Assembly (NCBI GenBank): GCA_047495785.1
Contig: JBLDXI010000042.1
Location: forward strand, 4,464,001 to 4,528,000
Direction of reading: 5' to 3'
From: Lepidodermella squamata
Taxonomy: Eukaryota > Animalia > Gastrotricha
DNA: 64,000 bases
The position numbers and the translations under genes are program-made. How positions within the stretch are numbered: the first letter of the stretch is position 1; each line of letters opens with the position of its first letter. The notes under the pieces were generated by a model. The model saw nothing but the letters and a program-made list of their open reading frames with translations. It was not told the DNA's origin and did not search any database. This document shows positions 25,201 through 36,998 of the stretch, piece after piece.

Positions 25201-27286
25201 GCAAGTTTTACATTGAGAAAAGCGACCCGGCCGCCCGGTTGCTCGTCAACGGCGATCCGGTGGAGAAGAAAACGGAAATCAAGACCAACTACAGGTTAGA
25301 ATTAACCCATTTTTCACGCAAATATTGCCTCAAAGTTGTTGAAATTAGGAACAATTGATATCAGCTGGGGACATTTTAATTTAAAAATTGAAACATTTCG
25401 AATCTTTAATTTTAAAAATTTTAATTAAAAAAATCAAAGTTTTTAAAATCGTTCAAATTTCTATTTCAATTTTTTTTAATTTTAGAATTCTGTTTGGGAC
25501 ATCTCAGCTTTATGTTTTCGTCAATCCTCAGTCGAAAGACGACCTGCAGACGATTTCCTACGACATGGCCCAGCGAGAAATCGCTACTAAGAGCGGCATT
25601 GATATCGGCAGTGGCGATAATCGAAGTTTGTTTCCATCTTTATTTTTCCTTTAATTTTTAATTATTATCTTGAAATTTTCAGAGGACGCGTTTTTGCAGG
25701 AGGAAATTATGGAGCTGAAAGCTGAGTTGGACGAGGCGAATGCCATGTCGATGGCTCTTGAAAAAACAATCTCTTTCCAAATGGCCCTCGTACCCGGGGC
25801 GGCGAAGGGTGACGTGAACGGTAAAACCGAGCTTTGGGTGACTGTTACGGACGTTGTTAACGGTTACGAATGGCTGTGGCCGCGTGAAAAGTTCATGGAA
25901 CGAAAGGGAGCCATGGAGGAAATGTTCGATCAGAAATCGGACGGAAATATGGCCTGGAAACAAGTTCCAAAGGTAAATTTAGTTTCACCTGTTTTCTCTT
26001 CAAAGTTTAAATAATTTTCAATCTTTTTCAAATCCATTTTGAATGTGATTTTTCATCTATTATAGGAAAAAGATCCATTCTGGGAAAATCCCGATACCGA
26101 TATCTTGATTGGTTTCTGCAAATTTTGGCCGTCTTCACTGGCCTACAAAATGGAGACGATTCAATCATTGGACGTTATCGATTTGAAGGGTGCAACCATT
26201 GGCACGCTGAAAGTCGAATTGCACCCATGCGATGCGAAAGGCCGCGAATTTACAGAACAGGACGATGTTTTCGTTGAAGATCCGAAAGAGCTGCTGACCA
26301 AAGACCCGAATCTTCATTTCATCGTCAAAATCATTGGAGCGAGGAGCTTGCCGAATAAATACGGGGTACGAAAATGTTCAGCTATTGCTCTATCCATGAA
26401 AAAAATTAAATAATTTGACGAAGTTCAAGATTGGAAAAAATTGAAATTTAAAATTTCAAAATTTATTTTTAAAATTTATTGACATTTTCATAACTCGAAA
26501 TTTTATATTTTTATATTTTTTCAATTTATTTGATCTTTGGCATGTTATAAAAAAATGTATGATTTTTTATATTTTTTTTCAGAGCACTTTTGTAAAATTT
26601 AAACTGTACGAAGATTTCGAATTTTCGTGCACGCCGAAAGTGACTGACAAGCCTTCGAACCCAGATTGGAACTTCAGCAAGATGTACCACTGGAAACTGA
26701 CTGAGCAGCACTTGGTCTACCTACGCGGTAGCGCGATTCCCATTCAAATCTGGGGCAAAATCGACCCGGCCAAGGTTAAAAAGGCCGCAAATGCGAAAAC
26801 TGAGCTTGCCAAGTTGTTGCGGCAAGAAAGCAACGCAAATTTGCCGCGGCCAACGTCGAGCCGGAACCGAGCTGGAGGCGCGCCGGTTCCGATTACGAAA
26901 GACTTAATGGCGAGTGCCGTTAACAAACTTCTGTTGCAAACGCGCGATTCCGAACTGCAGAAACTGCGGCGCAAATTGAATTGGATCAACAAGTTGGTTC
27001 AGGAGTCGAAATTCGCCGGTTTTACGGGCGTCAATTTGCATGTTCTCGAGGAGTTGCTGAATACGGAGCACGACGAGGCTGCTCAGCGGTTGATTGCTGC
27101 GTCGCTGAAGGGCGGCCCTCCACCGGCAATGACCCCAGGCAATCCTCCGCCTCCACAAAATGGCCAAACTCCAAACGGTAATTTTTCGGAAAAATTTGAA
27201 AAATATTAACCAAAATTTGATTTCAATTTGTTTCAGGTCAAAAGCCTGGCAGCCAGCAAGATTCGAAGACGTGTTGTCTCATATAA
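22205..27286 (+). CDS. KIF28: Kinesin-3, KIF28/KLP-6-like; exons 22205-22787, 23649-23912, 24010-24096, 24201-24271, 24324-24575, 24894-25294, 25486-25625, 25683-25972, 26066-26365, 26583-27177, 27237-27286
   Basis: Motor motifs [47 protein letters not shown] and [11 protein letters not shown]; FHA-like and C2-like regions follow; junctions are in phase. Confidence 0.88.
22995..23376. mobile_element. Tc1/mariner-type non-autonomous element (MITE) remnant in KIF28 intron 1
   Basis: The right end reverse-complements to TA-CAGCGTATCCCATAAGTTGCGCAA and the left end reads GTGTCCCATAATTTACGCAA. A related terminus, TACAGCGTGTCCCAGAAGTAGCGCAA, occurs at about 31918. Confidence 0.55.
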
Positions 27287-27624
27287 AAAATGAGTTTGAT
27301 ACGCTCGAGTGAAGGTTTTAATGACTCTTGTTCATATTGTAACATGATTGTTTGATGGTTTAATACTGGGAATAAATGTAGCATTTCACTTGCAATTAAC
27401 TAAGCCGCAACCACGTGACAGAATAAAATCTGTGATGCTTGAGGTGAATACTGAAAAATCACCTTGCTTCGGTCTTTATCTGATTTCGGAATCGAAATAA
27501 AATGTGTTGAATTGATGGAACCTTTGACTTTTTGCGTTGTTTTTTTAATGCACGAGGCGGGCAGAACTGGTCGATCATATTTCAGCCCGCCTCCATAACT
27601 AGTAGTGGTGCCACTAACCCTTCG

Positions 27625-27865
27625 TCGCTGAGTTCAACGGACCAAATTTTAGCGGACCAGTCTTTCGGACAAGATAGGAGGTGTGCCATGTGATTGCTAG
27701 ATTCCCACTGTAAAGGGCCATCTAATGACCTACTATCTACACCAGAGCTCCTTAGTCTCACTCAGGCAGTTCCACACATTCAAGTACTACAACTTGATTT
27801 GGTCCGCTAAATTGGGTCCGCCGAGTTCAACCAAGCCAGAGTTTTTGGAACTCAGCGGACCACTC
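27625..27865. repeat. MITE-like inverted-repeat element
   Basis: GGACCAAATTTTAGCGGACCA and TGGTCCGCTAAATTGGGTCC form an imperfect inverted pair, with repeated GAGTTC/GAACTC motifs. Confidence 0.45.
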
Positions 27866-28065
27866 TATTTTTCATTTTTTTCATTTTTCAAATTTTTTTA
27901 AAATTAACTGAATAAAAAATGATTTGATATAACGACGCTTATAATATTCCGGTATTACTACTCTACTAAAATAAATAAAATGAAATATTTGAAAAAAATT
28001 TGTATACCTATTGCTTTTTCTGTTTCAAAATAATCTTATATATTTTTTGTACGTTATATTCATGA

Positions 28066-28185
28066 GGCGCCAACTCATCCGCGACAACTCATCCGAAATT
28101 ATATAAATATTTAAATAATTATTTTTAGTGACAACTCCGGTGTCTGGTCCGGCCCGGCCGAGTTGTCGCGGATGAAGTTGTCAAT
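28066..28185. repeat. Short inverted-repeat element
   Basis: CATCCGCGACAACTC and GAGTTGTCGCGGATG are a perfect inverted pair around an AT-rich core. Confidence 0.55.
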
Positions 28186-28436
28186 TCAAACGAATACCAC
28201 GGTCGGATTCCATGCCCCCGATAACATCTATTGGTATGCCTGAATTTTACTTGTTACAATAATGCCTAAAACAAAGCCGTGTGTTGCAAAAATGTTTTTT
28301 TTATCGTTTTTTATCGTTTTTTATTGGACTTATCTTATGGAGTCCATCACTCCGGAATGATACAAAAATGTTCAACAAAAGCCATATCAGTTTATTAGCA
28401 TCAAAAAAACGACCGAAAAGTCAATAGAGAAGGGAG

Positions 28437-30864
28437 TTATTTCTGAATGGAACAGTTTTCTTCTGTGGCTTCTTCAATCAGCCCACGAATTCGCATACAG
28501 ATTTCACGAAGCAAAGATTGAACTGCTGAGTTTCCTTCGCCAAAAAGATTGGGTGGTAAGTCATATCGATCTGAGACGGAATAGGTTCCATCAATTTCAA
28601 GTTTGAGGAAGTACCAATGAACACAATCGGTCACAATTCCGAAAGAACGTAACTTGGCCGCTTGGAAACCAGGGCGCTTCACCGATAGGCGTTTCTAACA
28701 ATAGTATTATTAATAAACGTCGCACGAGTTGCCATAGTACGTGTTACCTTTGATAAAAAGTCCATCTGTACTAAAGCCTGAGGAATCGCAGATTCAGCTG
28801 TTCCATCATCCGAATCACCTCTCTTTACTTCAGCAACTATTATTTCAACTTCACGGCAATATATGATGACGTCGGCTTTGCCATTAAGGTCGTCGTCCTC
28901 ATCGCTGATGCTCACGTCTACACCAATTTTATACTGTGGATTAAGTCCACCTATTAAACAATAGCGTTATTACAAAACGCGTACAAAAACAACACCAACT
29001 TACTCAAAGCGCAAAGAAAGAATGGAAGGCTGAGAAACACTCTCTTCGCCTCCAAGTCATAGCAGGAAGACATCGGCATTCGCTCCAAGAAATGCTAAAC
29101 AAAGATATTAGGGTGCATAAAGACATCATAAAAACATAAGTTAAACACACATGTAGAATTCCGGTGAAATATTCAAATGCCTCGCCTTGAATAGACGATT
29201 CTTTGGGTAAGAAAGGTTCATATCTAAATACACCATGCGGTAAACACGTACACAACAATTCAGGGCTGAAAAACATGCAGAGCTTCCTGCGCAGAAACTC
29301 AAAATTTCCTAATTTCCTATGAAATCCCCAATATCATAATTTCGCTGTAAAAATTGATAAAAAATCGGAATCGATAATCGCTAATCACCGATAATCAAAG
29401 TCGATCGGGAATATCAAAACGTTTTGAGCTCCATATACTTTACCAATCAAAAGTTGTATGTTGTAGTTTTTGCCTTCGGTTTTTGTCGGCAACGGTAATT
29501 TGGAACCTTGAAATTAGAAACATCAACAGTTTGCGGTAAATCGGCCTTTTTGAGGTTGAATCCCCCTTAGAAACTCCGAGAGATAAACTTATTCTCATCC
29601 CGAATCTAATTGCTTTTGCAGAATTTTTTTTTATCTACCACGGTTGCGGAGATAATTATAGGTGCCATAAAGCGATTATCGCGATTTTTATTACCCCAAA
29701 TTTTTCACGTAGTAATGACGTAATGAAATCGGTAATTTTTCACGAGGAGTTCATTGGTGGCCTCGGTTTTTTCATTTATTGGCCTCCTGAAAATGTGAAT
29801 TATCGGTTATTGGTTATGGAATATTGATTATCGATTATTAGTATCGATTATTTATAGTATTAAACTAGTTTGCAACTTGTTTTTCTAGCGTTTTCCTAGC
29901 AGCTTCCTAGTTTTTCCTGGCATTTTCCAAGCGTTTTAAAATGAATTTCCTAGCAAAAATTTCCTAGTTTCGCCGAAAATTTCCTGCGCATCCCGAATGC
30001 GCCATTTCTGCATGTTTTGCAGCCCTGCAATACTTAGCAACAATCAAAATGGCTCACGATTTCCGATATAATCCCTTGAGATATGCCGGTTTGCCACTGA
30101 GTTTAGAAAAGGATTTGTCCATTCTGTTTTTCCTTAACTTGTCTGCAATAGCCTTCAATCGTTTGTTAATTGCATCGCATTCAGGAGATAGTTCCGCTGA
30201 AAAGCAGTGTCTAAAAAAATATAAAAATTAAGGGGTTAACGCTAGTTCTTACCTGGTACTTCATTCTGAACTGAAAAACACAAAAAGCAAACACTCTGAA
30301 TGCAAACATGAAGCACAAGTTAAAACTACCTTGCAGTTGCAATTCGCAAATTTTCGGCAGGTAACGGGCTTTGACTTTTGCAATTGAACGTTCATTCGCA
30401 TCGATCAAGTACTTCAAATTGTCCAATGACTTCTTATAATCAAGAATTTCCGCTTGTAAATATTCCTGCTCGTATGAATCAGTCGTCTTCAGTAATTGTT
30501 CGCTAAATGAATCAAGGTTGCGATGGCTCGCACGAAGTTCAGCTCTCAGTCGCCGAGCCTTCTCAAGTAGTGGGACCAGTTCGGCATAAAACTTGTCCTG
30601 CAGGATGTTTATTTCTTCAGAATTTAGAGAAACTGTTTGGGGAGGCGATTCTTCACTAGTTCCAGCGGTAAGAATTTCTGCCACATTGCTGATTTTCCGG
30701 CGCCAGTCATTCTTGGGCGGGTCGGCTGAAAAGGAACGTTTCAAAATGAAGAATGAGTTGTGTCTTTTATCAAGTGTTGCCGCGAGATGAGTAAGTCGGC
30801 GGTAAGCACAAAATTGTTTGGTCACCATTGGTAACGATAGCACGCGCAATTTTACCAGAATCAT
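28437..30864 (-). CDS. Coiled-coil + PD-(D/E)xK restriction-endonuclease-fold protein with presequence-like N-terminus, about 438 aa; exons 30864-30330, 30270-30253, 30196-30058, 29223-29151, 29094-29004, 28950-28748, 28694-28437
   Basis: Seven exons join in frame at GT-AG sites without stops (1317 nt). Motifs EAKR..F, NGKADVII, IVAEVKR, AIPQALVQM and FGIVTDCVHWYFL are present. Confidence 0.75.
29261..30027. mobile_element. hAT-like non-autonomous DNA transposon in intron 3 of the nuclease gene
   Basis: TIRs CAGGGCTGAAAAACATGCAG and CTGCATGTTTTGCAGCCCTG; flanks CAACAATT and CAATACTT match 6 of 8 (degenerate TSD); internal TTCCTAG and CGATTAT subrepeats. Confidence 0.75.
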
Positions 30865-32174
30865 TATACTTTGTTAATACTGCATCTAAAAAGCAAAACA
30901 TATAGCTTTCAGAACTGAGGAATTAGACTTCTAAATTATCCCTCCGGAATCAGCCGACTAGAGTATCATTTTCACTAGCTGCTTATTTTATAACAAGCAT
31001 GTTAACACCCAGTGATTTTTCTTTGAGAGGTCCATTGATAAATAAATAAATACAGTAGATCTGACGTGCTAGTACATTCATGTGTGCCGAGATGACTCAT
31101 CACGATTTTTTTCTTTTTGGGTCGCGTGCTCGAAGAAATCACTTGATGAGGGTAATATTGTGTGTACGGCAAAAATTGAGCATCAATCAATCTAAAATGG
31201 AGCCCTATCTTTAATTAATCAAATCTCAATTAGCTCCATCTCAGATATCCCCGGCAAAACTCATGGGTAAAGTATAGACCAAGAGCTATCTTTCTATATA
31301 ATTTAACGAGCCGGGAAATCTGCCGTTTTGGAGGTAAAAATTTGTGAAAATAGAGCGTTAATTCGGGTGTTTTTTTATTCACCCCGAATTTTCGGGTCGC
31401 TCACTCCGAAAGTCATCCTGAAATGGAAATTTGGAGCGGTATAAAAGATTTCATTGCCCGAAAACCTCTGGTGTTTACATGGAAAATCTGTCATCCGCTG
31501 CTTAAGCCTGAGCTTCCAGAAATTCCGGGCATAATAGAGAAATCACCCTTCGCGAAAAACGAAAAATTAATTAAAAAAAAGGATGTCCTAAATTTCAATT
31601 AAATAAGTCAGGCTAGAACCTATTTTGGCAACATCACTAGTGATCTTCTGCAGATTTTTACAAATTTTTCCGAATAATTAGAGATGACTCATTATCGCCA
31701 AAAAATCGTGCTAGTGAGAAAATGGTGAATGAATGAAAATGGTGAAAATGTCAAAATTTCGGTTCATGGACAAATAAAAATTCAGTCTACGGAATCGCGC
31801 GGTTAAATTTCGTCATAAAATCATACGAAAAATTACGAATTTTCCCTATTTTCCCACCGAAATTCGAGACGATTGTTTTTGAGAGAAAAAAGTGTCGAAT
31901 TTTTCGCCATAAATTTGTACAGCGTGTCCCAGAAGTAGCGCAACTATATTTTTATTCGGAAACTTTTTGTGGGAATTAAAACTCATTTAAAAAAAATTAA
32001 ACTCACCCAGAGAAAATTCCATCTTTTATCTCCGATTTACCCAAAGAAATTGCAAATTCACCGAAGAAAACTCCGATGGTAACTGGTTCGGTAATTTTCG
32101 GTATTTTACCCGGTGGGACCGAATATCTCCGGAATTTTTCATTCCTATTAACAAGTGACATATTATACTATTCT

Positions 32175-32610
32175 CGTGATTTTTCGAAATCTTCTTGAGT
32201 TCCAACTCCATAACGGCGGTTTTATTCGTCGCTTGCAACGCCTGAGCCAGCGCAGCAATATCCGGGCCAGTTTTCCGCTTCAGCCCCATCGCTGCCTCCA
32301 AGTTGTTCACCCTGGTTCGCGACATTTTCAACTCAGTCCGCAAATCGTTATTCGGTAATGCGGTAATATTCGGTTCGATGCCGGTCTGAGTCTTTTTTGA
32401 GTTTTTTCCGCAGTGAACCGATTGTTTTTTCGAGATGCTCCCGCTGCCTCGCCCATTCGTTTTGAATATCTGCGTCGACTGTCGCGTTTTCAGCCGCTGC
32501 TTCCGTGCAGTACTTCGAGTAGAGTTGGCGTACCGATTCTTTGAGGAGAGCCGGTTCTTGGATCAAATTCGCTGTGTTATGTAAATCAGTCTGGAATCGC
32601 TTGTTAACCG
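32175..32610 (-). pseudogene. CFAP57: CFAP57 (WDR65) C-terminal fragment, disrupted
   Basis: RFQTDLHN..LIQEPALLKE..RQREHLEKTI.SLRKK..HRTEYYRI followed by LRTELK..LEAA. The conserved linker is replaced by a stop plus frameshift, and no WD40 exons lie nearby. Confidence 0.75.
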
Positions 32611-33661
32611 TATGCCAATCTTGTTTGTTTAAAATGTTGTCAAATGGCCAATTATGAAATGAAAATAAACCGAAACAGAAAATAGTTATATTTTTCCTCA
32701 AATTAGCATGGAAAACCGTTGACATGATTTTGCCGCCTAAAAATAATTTGTAAATGAAAGTTTTGAGCCGGTAATAATGTATGAAAAAATCGTAGCCCTT
32801 GCGTCATTTTTTCTATAAAAAAATATCGTTTATTAAGTGTCAATCTAGAACAATTCTTATTTTTTTTGCTCCTCATCGCTTGTTCTTCGCATCTTCTTTC
32901 CGAATGAAGTCCTTTCAAGTCAATATTATAGGTCGCATAAATTGCTTAACGCGATACCTGAATTAAAATGAGAAAATTAATACCAACACCGGATTTTCGT
33001 TTTTTTTTACTACTCAAGTCCTCTTCTTATGTGTTATATTCAAAGTTGCTCCGATATGACAATGTATATAATGATTATTGTTTGTTGTTCTTGTTCCCTC
33101 TGCGTCGAGAATTGGTATAAAAATAATAATTATTAAAATTATTACAACAAGATGATGATAAAACGAACACTGATGACTGAATAAATAATGAAGATGACGG
33201 AAATAAAACAGGAAAATGGGACATGTGATGCCGAATGAAAACTTCGAAGCGCGGTGTAGCTATATCGATAATAGAGCGGCATCGTTGGTGATTCATGCCG
33301 TGTTTAATGTCCAGTATAGCAGCGTGAGCAGGCGCGAAAATCGATGGCGAGTGCACGAATTATCTATCATCAATGCAAACACGCCGCCATGCTTGCCGTC
33401 CTTAGTCCTTACTACAACTTGCGGTTTATATGGATAGTTTTATTATTGTAAATATTCGCTAAAATATAGCCATAGATTGCGGGTTTTACCATACACATTT
33501 ACTGTGGGGATGATGCATTTGCCGTAGCCTTAATCGTTACCTTGCATACCTTGGAACTTTTTAAAATTGTATTTAAACGTCAGTAATTTTTTACAGGTTG
33601 AGAAATTTCGAACTCAATTTTTAATGTGCCAATTCACAGCAACAGCTTCACAATATAGGCG

Positions 33662-33785
33662 GATTTTCTCGCTTGATGACCGGCTTGTACCGGCTTGTAC
33701 CGGCTTGTGTGGCCTGCCATCTAAGTTGCCTATAAAAATAACCTTTTTCTAAAAATGCTCTGAATTATCATCAAGCGAGAAAATC
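33662..33785. repeat. 18-bp perfect inverted repeat enclosing a 10-bp tandem repeat
   Basis: GATTTTCTCGCTTGATGA and TCATCAAGCGAGAAAATC flank about three copies of CCGGCTTGTA. Confidence 0.7.
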
Positions 33786-35825
33786 TCGAATTCGCTGTAC
33801 TTATAGGATGAGACACCCTAAAAGGGTGCTCTTTTGTCGCCGGGTGCTCCCTAACCACCCGGTTGATTCTCGATTATTTTATGTGACCTCTGTGTACTTT
33901 TTTTCGAGTTAGAAATTAAAAATGACGACAGTATTGAAATTCAATCACACCGGCCGAATTCGTCCTATGCGCCCAGACTTATACAGGCGGAGTGCGTGAT
34001 TTTTGTACTGCAAAAACTGTCGCGAGGAAAAACTTGAAAAACTGAATTCAGATCTGAATGCTGAGCCTCTAAAACTTTTATAAACTAAATATTTTTGGCG
34101 ATATAAGTCAGGGACATTCATGGGAGTAATTTAGAATCTAAAATTCCAAAGCTGAAGGCACCTGACTCAGAAATTAGGGTTCTCGAAAAATCGCCTGAAA
34201 TCAGCTGGGCGGATAGGACGATTTCAGCCAGTTTTTGTACAGCCTTAACGGTGATAGATGAAGGTAAACGGATTTTATAATCGTGATCAGGACCTTCGAA
34301 AACTCCTAGAACTGCCATCAAATATTTTCTCTCCCGCAGATAAATAGTTCCGCCATGAAAGGGTTAAGGCAAAAGGCTGCCTAAAAATCAGCCGCCTTAA
34401 AATGTAAAACTTCGTCCCATTTTAATTACTGAATTAATTAGTTATTAGTAATTAATTGAATTACTGAATCTTCCGGCTTCTAGGGTCATCATCGCATGCT
34501 CCCAATCTATACTATGCTCGATACTAGGAGATATTTGGTCACCTCCTATTCCTATAATAAAATTTGCAAGGGACTCCGCAACATTTTTGCACTCAAAAAA
34601 TCCTTTAATAGTCCTTATCTTAAAAATGCTACCAGAATTCTTATCTCAACAGTACCTATGTATATTTGTTTTAAAGCAACACGGTAAAACACGCAAAATT
34701 ACACCCTATTTATTTTTCTAGACTTTTCAACCCGAAATCGCATGACGCACGTCAATAAAAGCCCGCTGTCATGCCATCATTCTTGAAAAATTTACATCCA
34801 AGTCATTGTTTTATCATATCAGGCAAAATATTTGAGATATCCATTCAAAAGCCGGGTATAACCAAACATATACCGCTATATATATATTATAAGTATAGTT
34901 GCGAGTAAAACTTTTCACGCACGCGACAAAATAATAATAACGAGTGCCAAAACCTATGCTGCGTGCAATAATAATATTATACAAAAATATAACCGAGCCT
35001 CGTTTTTGCGCGACATTTTTACTGCTGTAATGTATATATTGCACAGGATATTTTGCGCATACCTGATGCTGGCCATACAATGCATTAGGCATTGCAATAG
35101 GTATAGCAACCCTCGTCTAACAATTCCTGTAGTATTTTTAGCAAACACATGATAAGTGCTGTACAAGCTGCTGCTGCTACGGCTACGGCCAGCCTCCTAC
35201 CTGCGTTTATTATTTTGACATCATAATATTAGCACGGTGATAATACCCGTGTTATAACAAAACCAGGCATAGGGAAATGCGGCCGGCTCAAAAGTCGTAG
35301 AACACGATTTGCATTTTGCACAAACACGTTCGACCAGGTAATCGAGCTTTTATTACAGGCCGATATGGACTTCTGCATGCCATTTTTGATGAAGTAATAG
35401 CAGTATCATATAAACTCAATTTTCTAATTTTTTAGTTTTTTTTATAATTTAACATAATATTTATTGCATTTTTATAGGCATTGTAATAATAGGAAAATGA
35501 TAGAAATTTTTATTATTCAAAGCGGACGGATTGAAATATCCCCACTTCCTCAAACTTCTGGAACGCAGTTTGAATTTTTCACGTTTTTTGAAGACAGATA
35601 GGCGGTGAGCGAAATATCAGTCAACGCCAAGGATTATGCAAAAAATAGAGATTTTCAAAGTTGTTTTCGAAGCAGAATTAGGTTAGCCTCTAATAAGTCT
35701 AATTACGCAAGTTTAGTTATATCCTGAGCCGCCCTGCTGCACCGTCAATTGCCGCTTTTGAACTCACAAATTTGAGACTTATTGCAAATTCGCATCCGTT
35801 AGCTTTGGCGGAATTTTCCTCTACC

Positions 35826-35858
35826 CATAGAGAATAGATTATACCTCTATTCTCTATG
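35826..35858. mobile_element. 33-bp TIR-only element with perfect 8-bp target-site duplication (P- or hAT-like)
   Basis: CCTCTACC | CATAGAGAATAGA-TTATACC-TCTATTCTCTATG | CCTCTACC. Confidence 0.8.
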
Positions 35859-35959
35859 CCTCTACCCTGAAAATGAAAAATTAAATTGGAGCTTTTTTTC
35901 TGAAAATGGGTTATAATTAGTTATACTTTTTTCAGAATTTTTGGAACCCAAAATTATTG

Positions 35960-35996
35960 TTATGTGCTGCTGTTATGTGCTGCTGTTATGTGCTGC
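35960..35996. repeat. 13-bp tandem repeat, about three copies
   Basis: TTATGTGCTGCTG repeated directly. Confidence 0.8.
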
Positions 35997-36530
35997 AAAG
36001 AATAATTATTTGATTCTACTTAATTTCCTTCGGCTGTGGTGACTTTTACATTCGGGCTCACCTTGACATGTCTAAATGAGGCGACTTGGCAACACTTTAA
36101 ATAGCAAATCTTGTAGACCCCTTGCCCCCTCTTTGCCTAGCCTCCTTCGAAAATTTCTATGCCAAAGGTGCCCCATATCGTCACGTCAAAGTGACCCCGA
36201 TTGTGATAGACTGGCAGTAAGTATAAGAATTGGATTATTTCTTGTATAGATAATCGAATTTAATTAGCAATGTACGGCAGTAATTAAAATTGCCGGGTTG
36301 TCGTTGCACGCATGTCGTTTTTTGCGGGCTAACAATTTTGCTGGATTGTCTCTGGCAGCAATGCCGCACAGCGTTTTCATATAGGAATTTTTTATTGAAT
36401 ATATAGGGCGAAAAAGCAATAATATTTTCACGTGAAACATTTTTTATCCTCATAATTTTCAAGTATGAATGTTTTTGTTTCGAATTAGAGCGATTAATTT
36501 GTTTAATTAGTTGCGGATGCTTGCAGAGAA

Positions 36531-36998
36531 ATGACAGCGGCGGAAGACACGGAACTAAGCGGCTACATAATGTCGCAGCACAAGCTATCTCGAAGCAGCA
36601 GCACGAGGAGCCGGGCGGCACGGGGCCTGAACAACACCAACCCAGACGACCACCTTCAACAGCTGCAAAACTCAACGATATCAGCGCACGAACTCATGGC
36701 TATCGCGTCACGCTATGACGACACGTCACGCTTGATTTACGGCTTCAACGCAGCGAATCGCGGGCAAATTTCAGCGTGTGATGCGATTGCCTACCCGCGC
36801 GTGACGTCACAGCTGCGGAGTAGCGGCAATAAACGAGCGTCGAAATCGTCAGATCGGAAAAGTCAGGCCATTTCAATACCGCCACAGCGCGATTCGGCGA
36901 TATCGGTCTACGACAATGTGCCGTCTACCTTAACGATAGCTAATAATAATGATAATAATAATGGCCGTGATCAATTTGCTGAAATAGCTCATTTATAA
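36531..36998 (+). CDS. Probable exon of a low-complexity signalling protein with an SVYDNVP motif
   Basis: GC-rich 155-aa ORF just after a TTGCAG acceptor-like site. ISVYDNVP resembles the SIYDNV motif of DLC/STARD13 RhoGAPs, but no GAP domain is seen. Confidence 0.4.
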   Translation: MTAAEDTELSGYIMSQHKLSRSSSTRSRAARGLNNTNPDDHLQQLQNSTISAHELMAIASRYDDTSRLIYGFNAANRGQISACDAIAYPRVTSQLRSSGNKRASKSSDRKSQAISIPPQRDSAISVYDNVPSTLTIANNNDNNNGRDQFAEIAHL

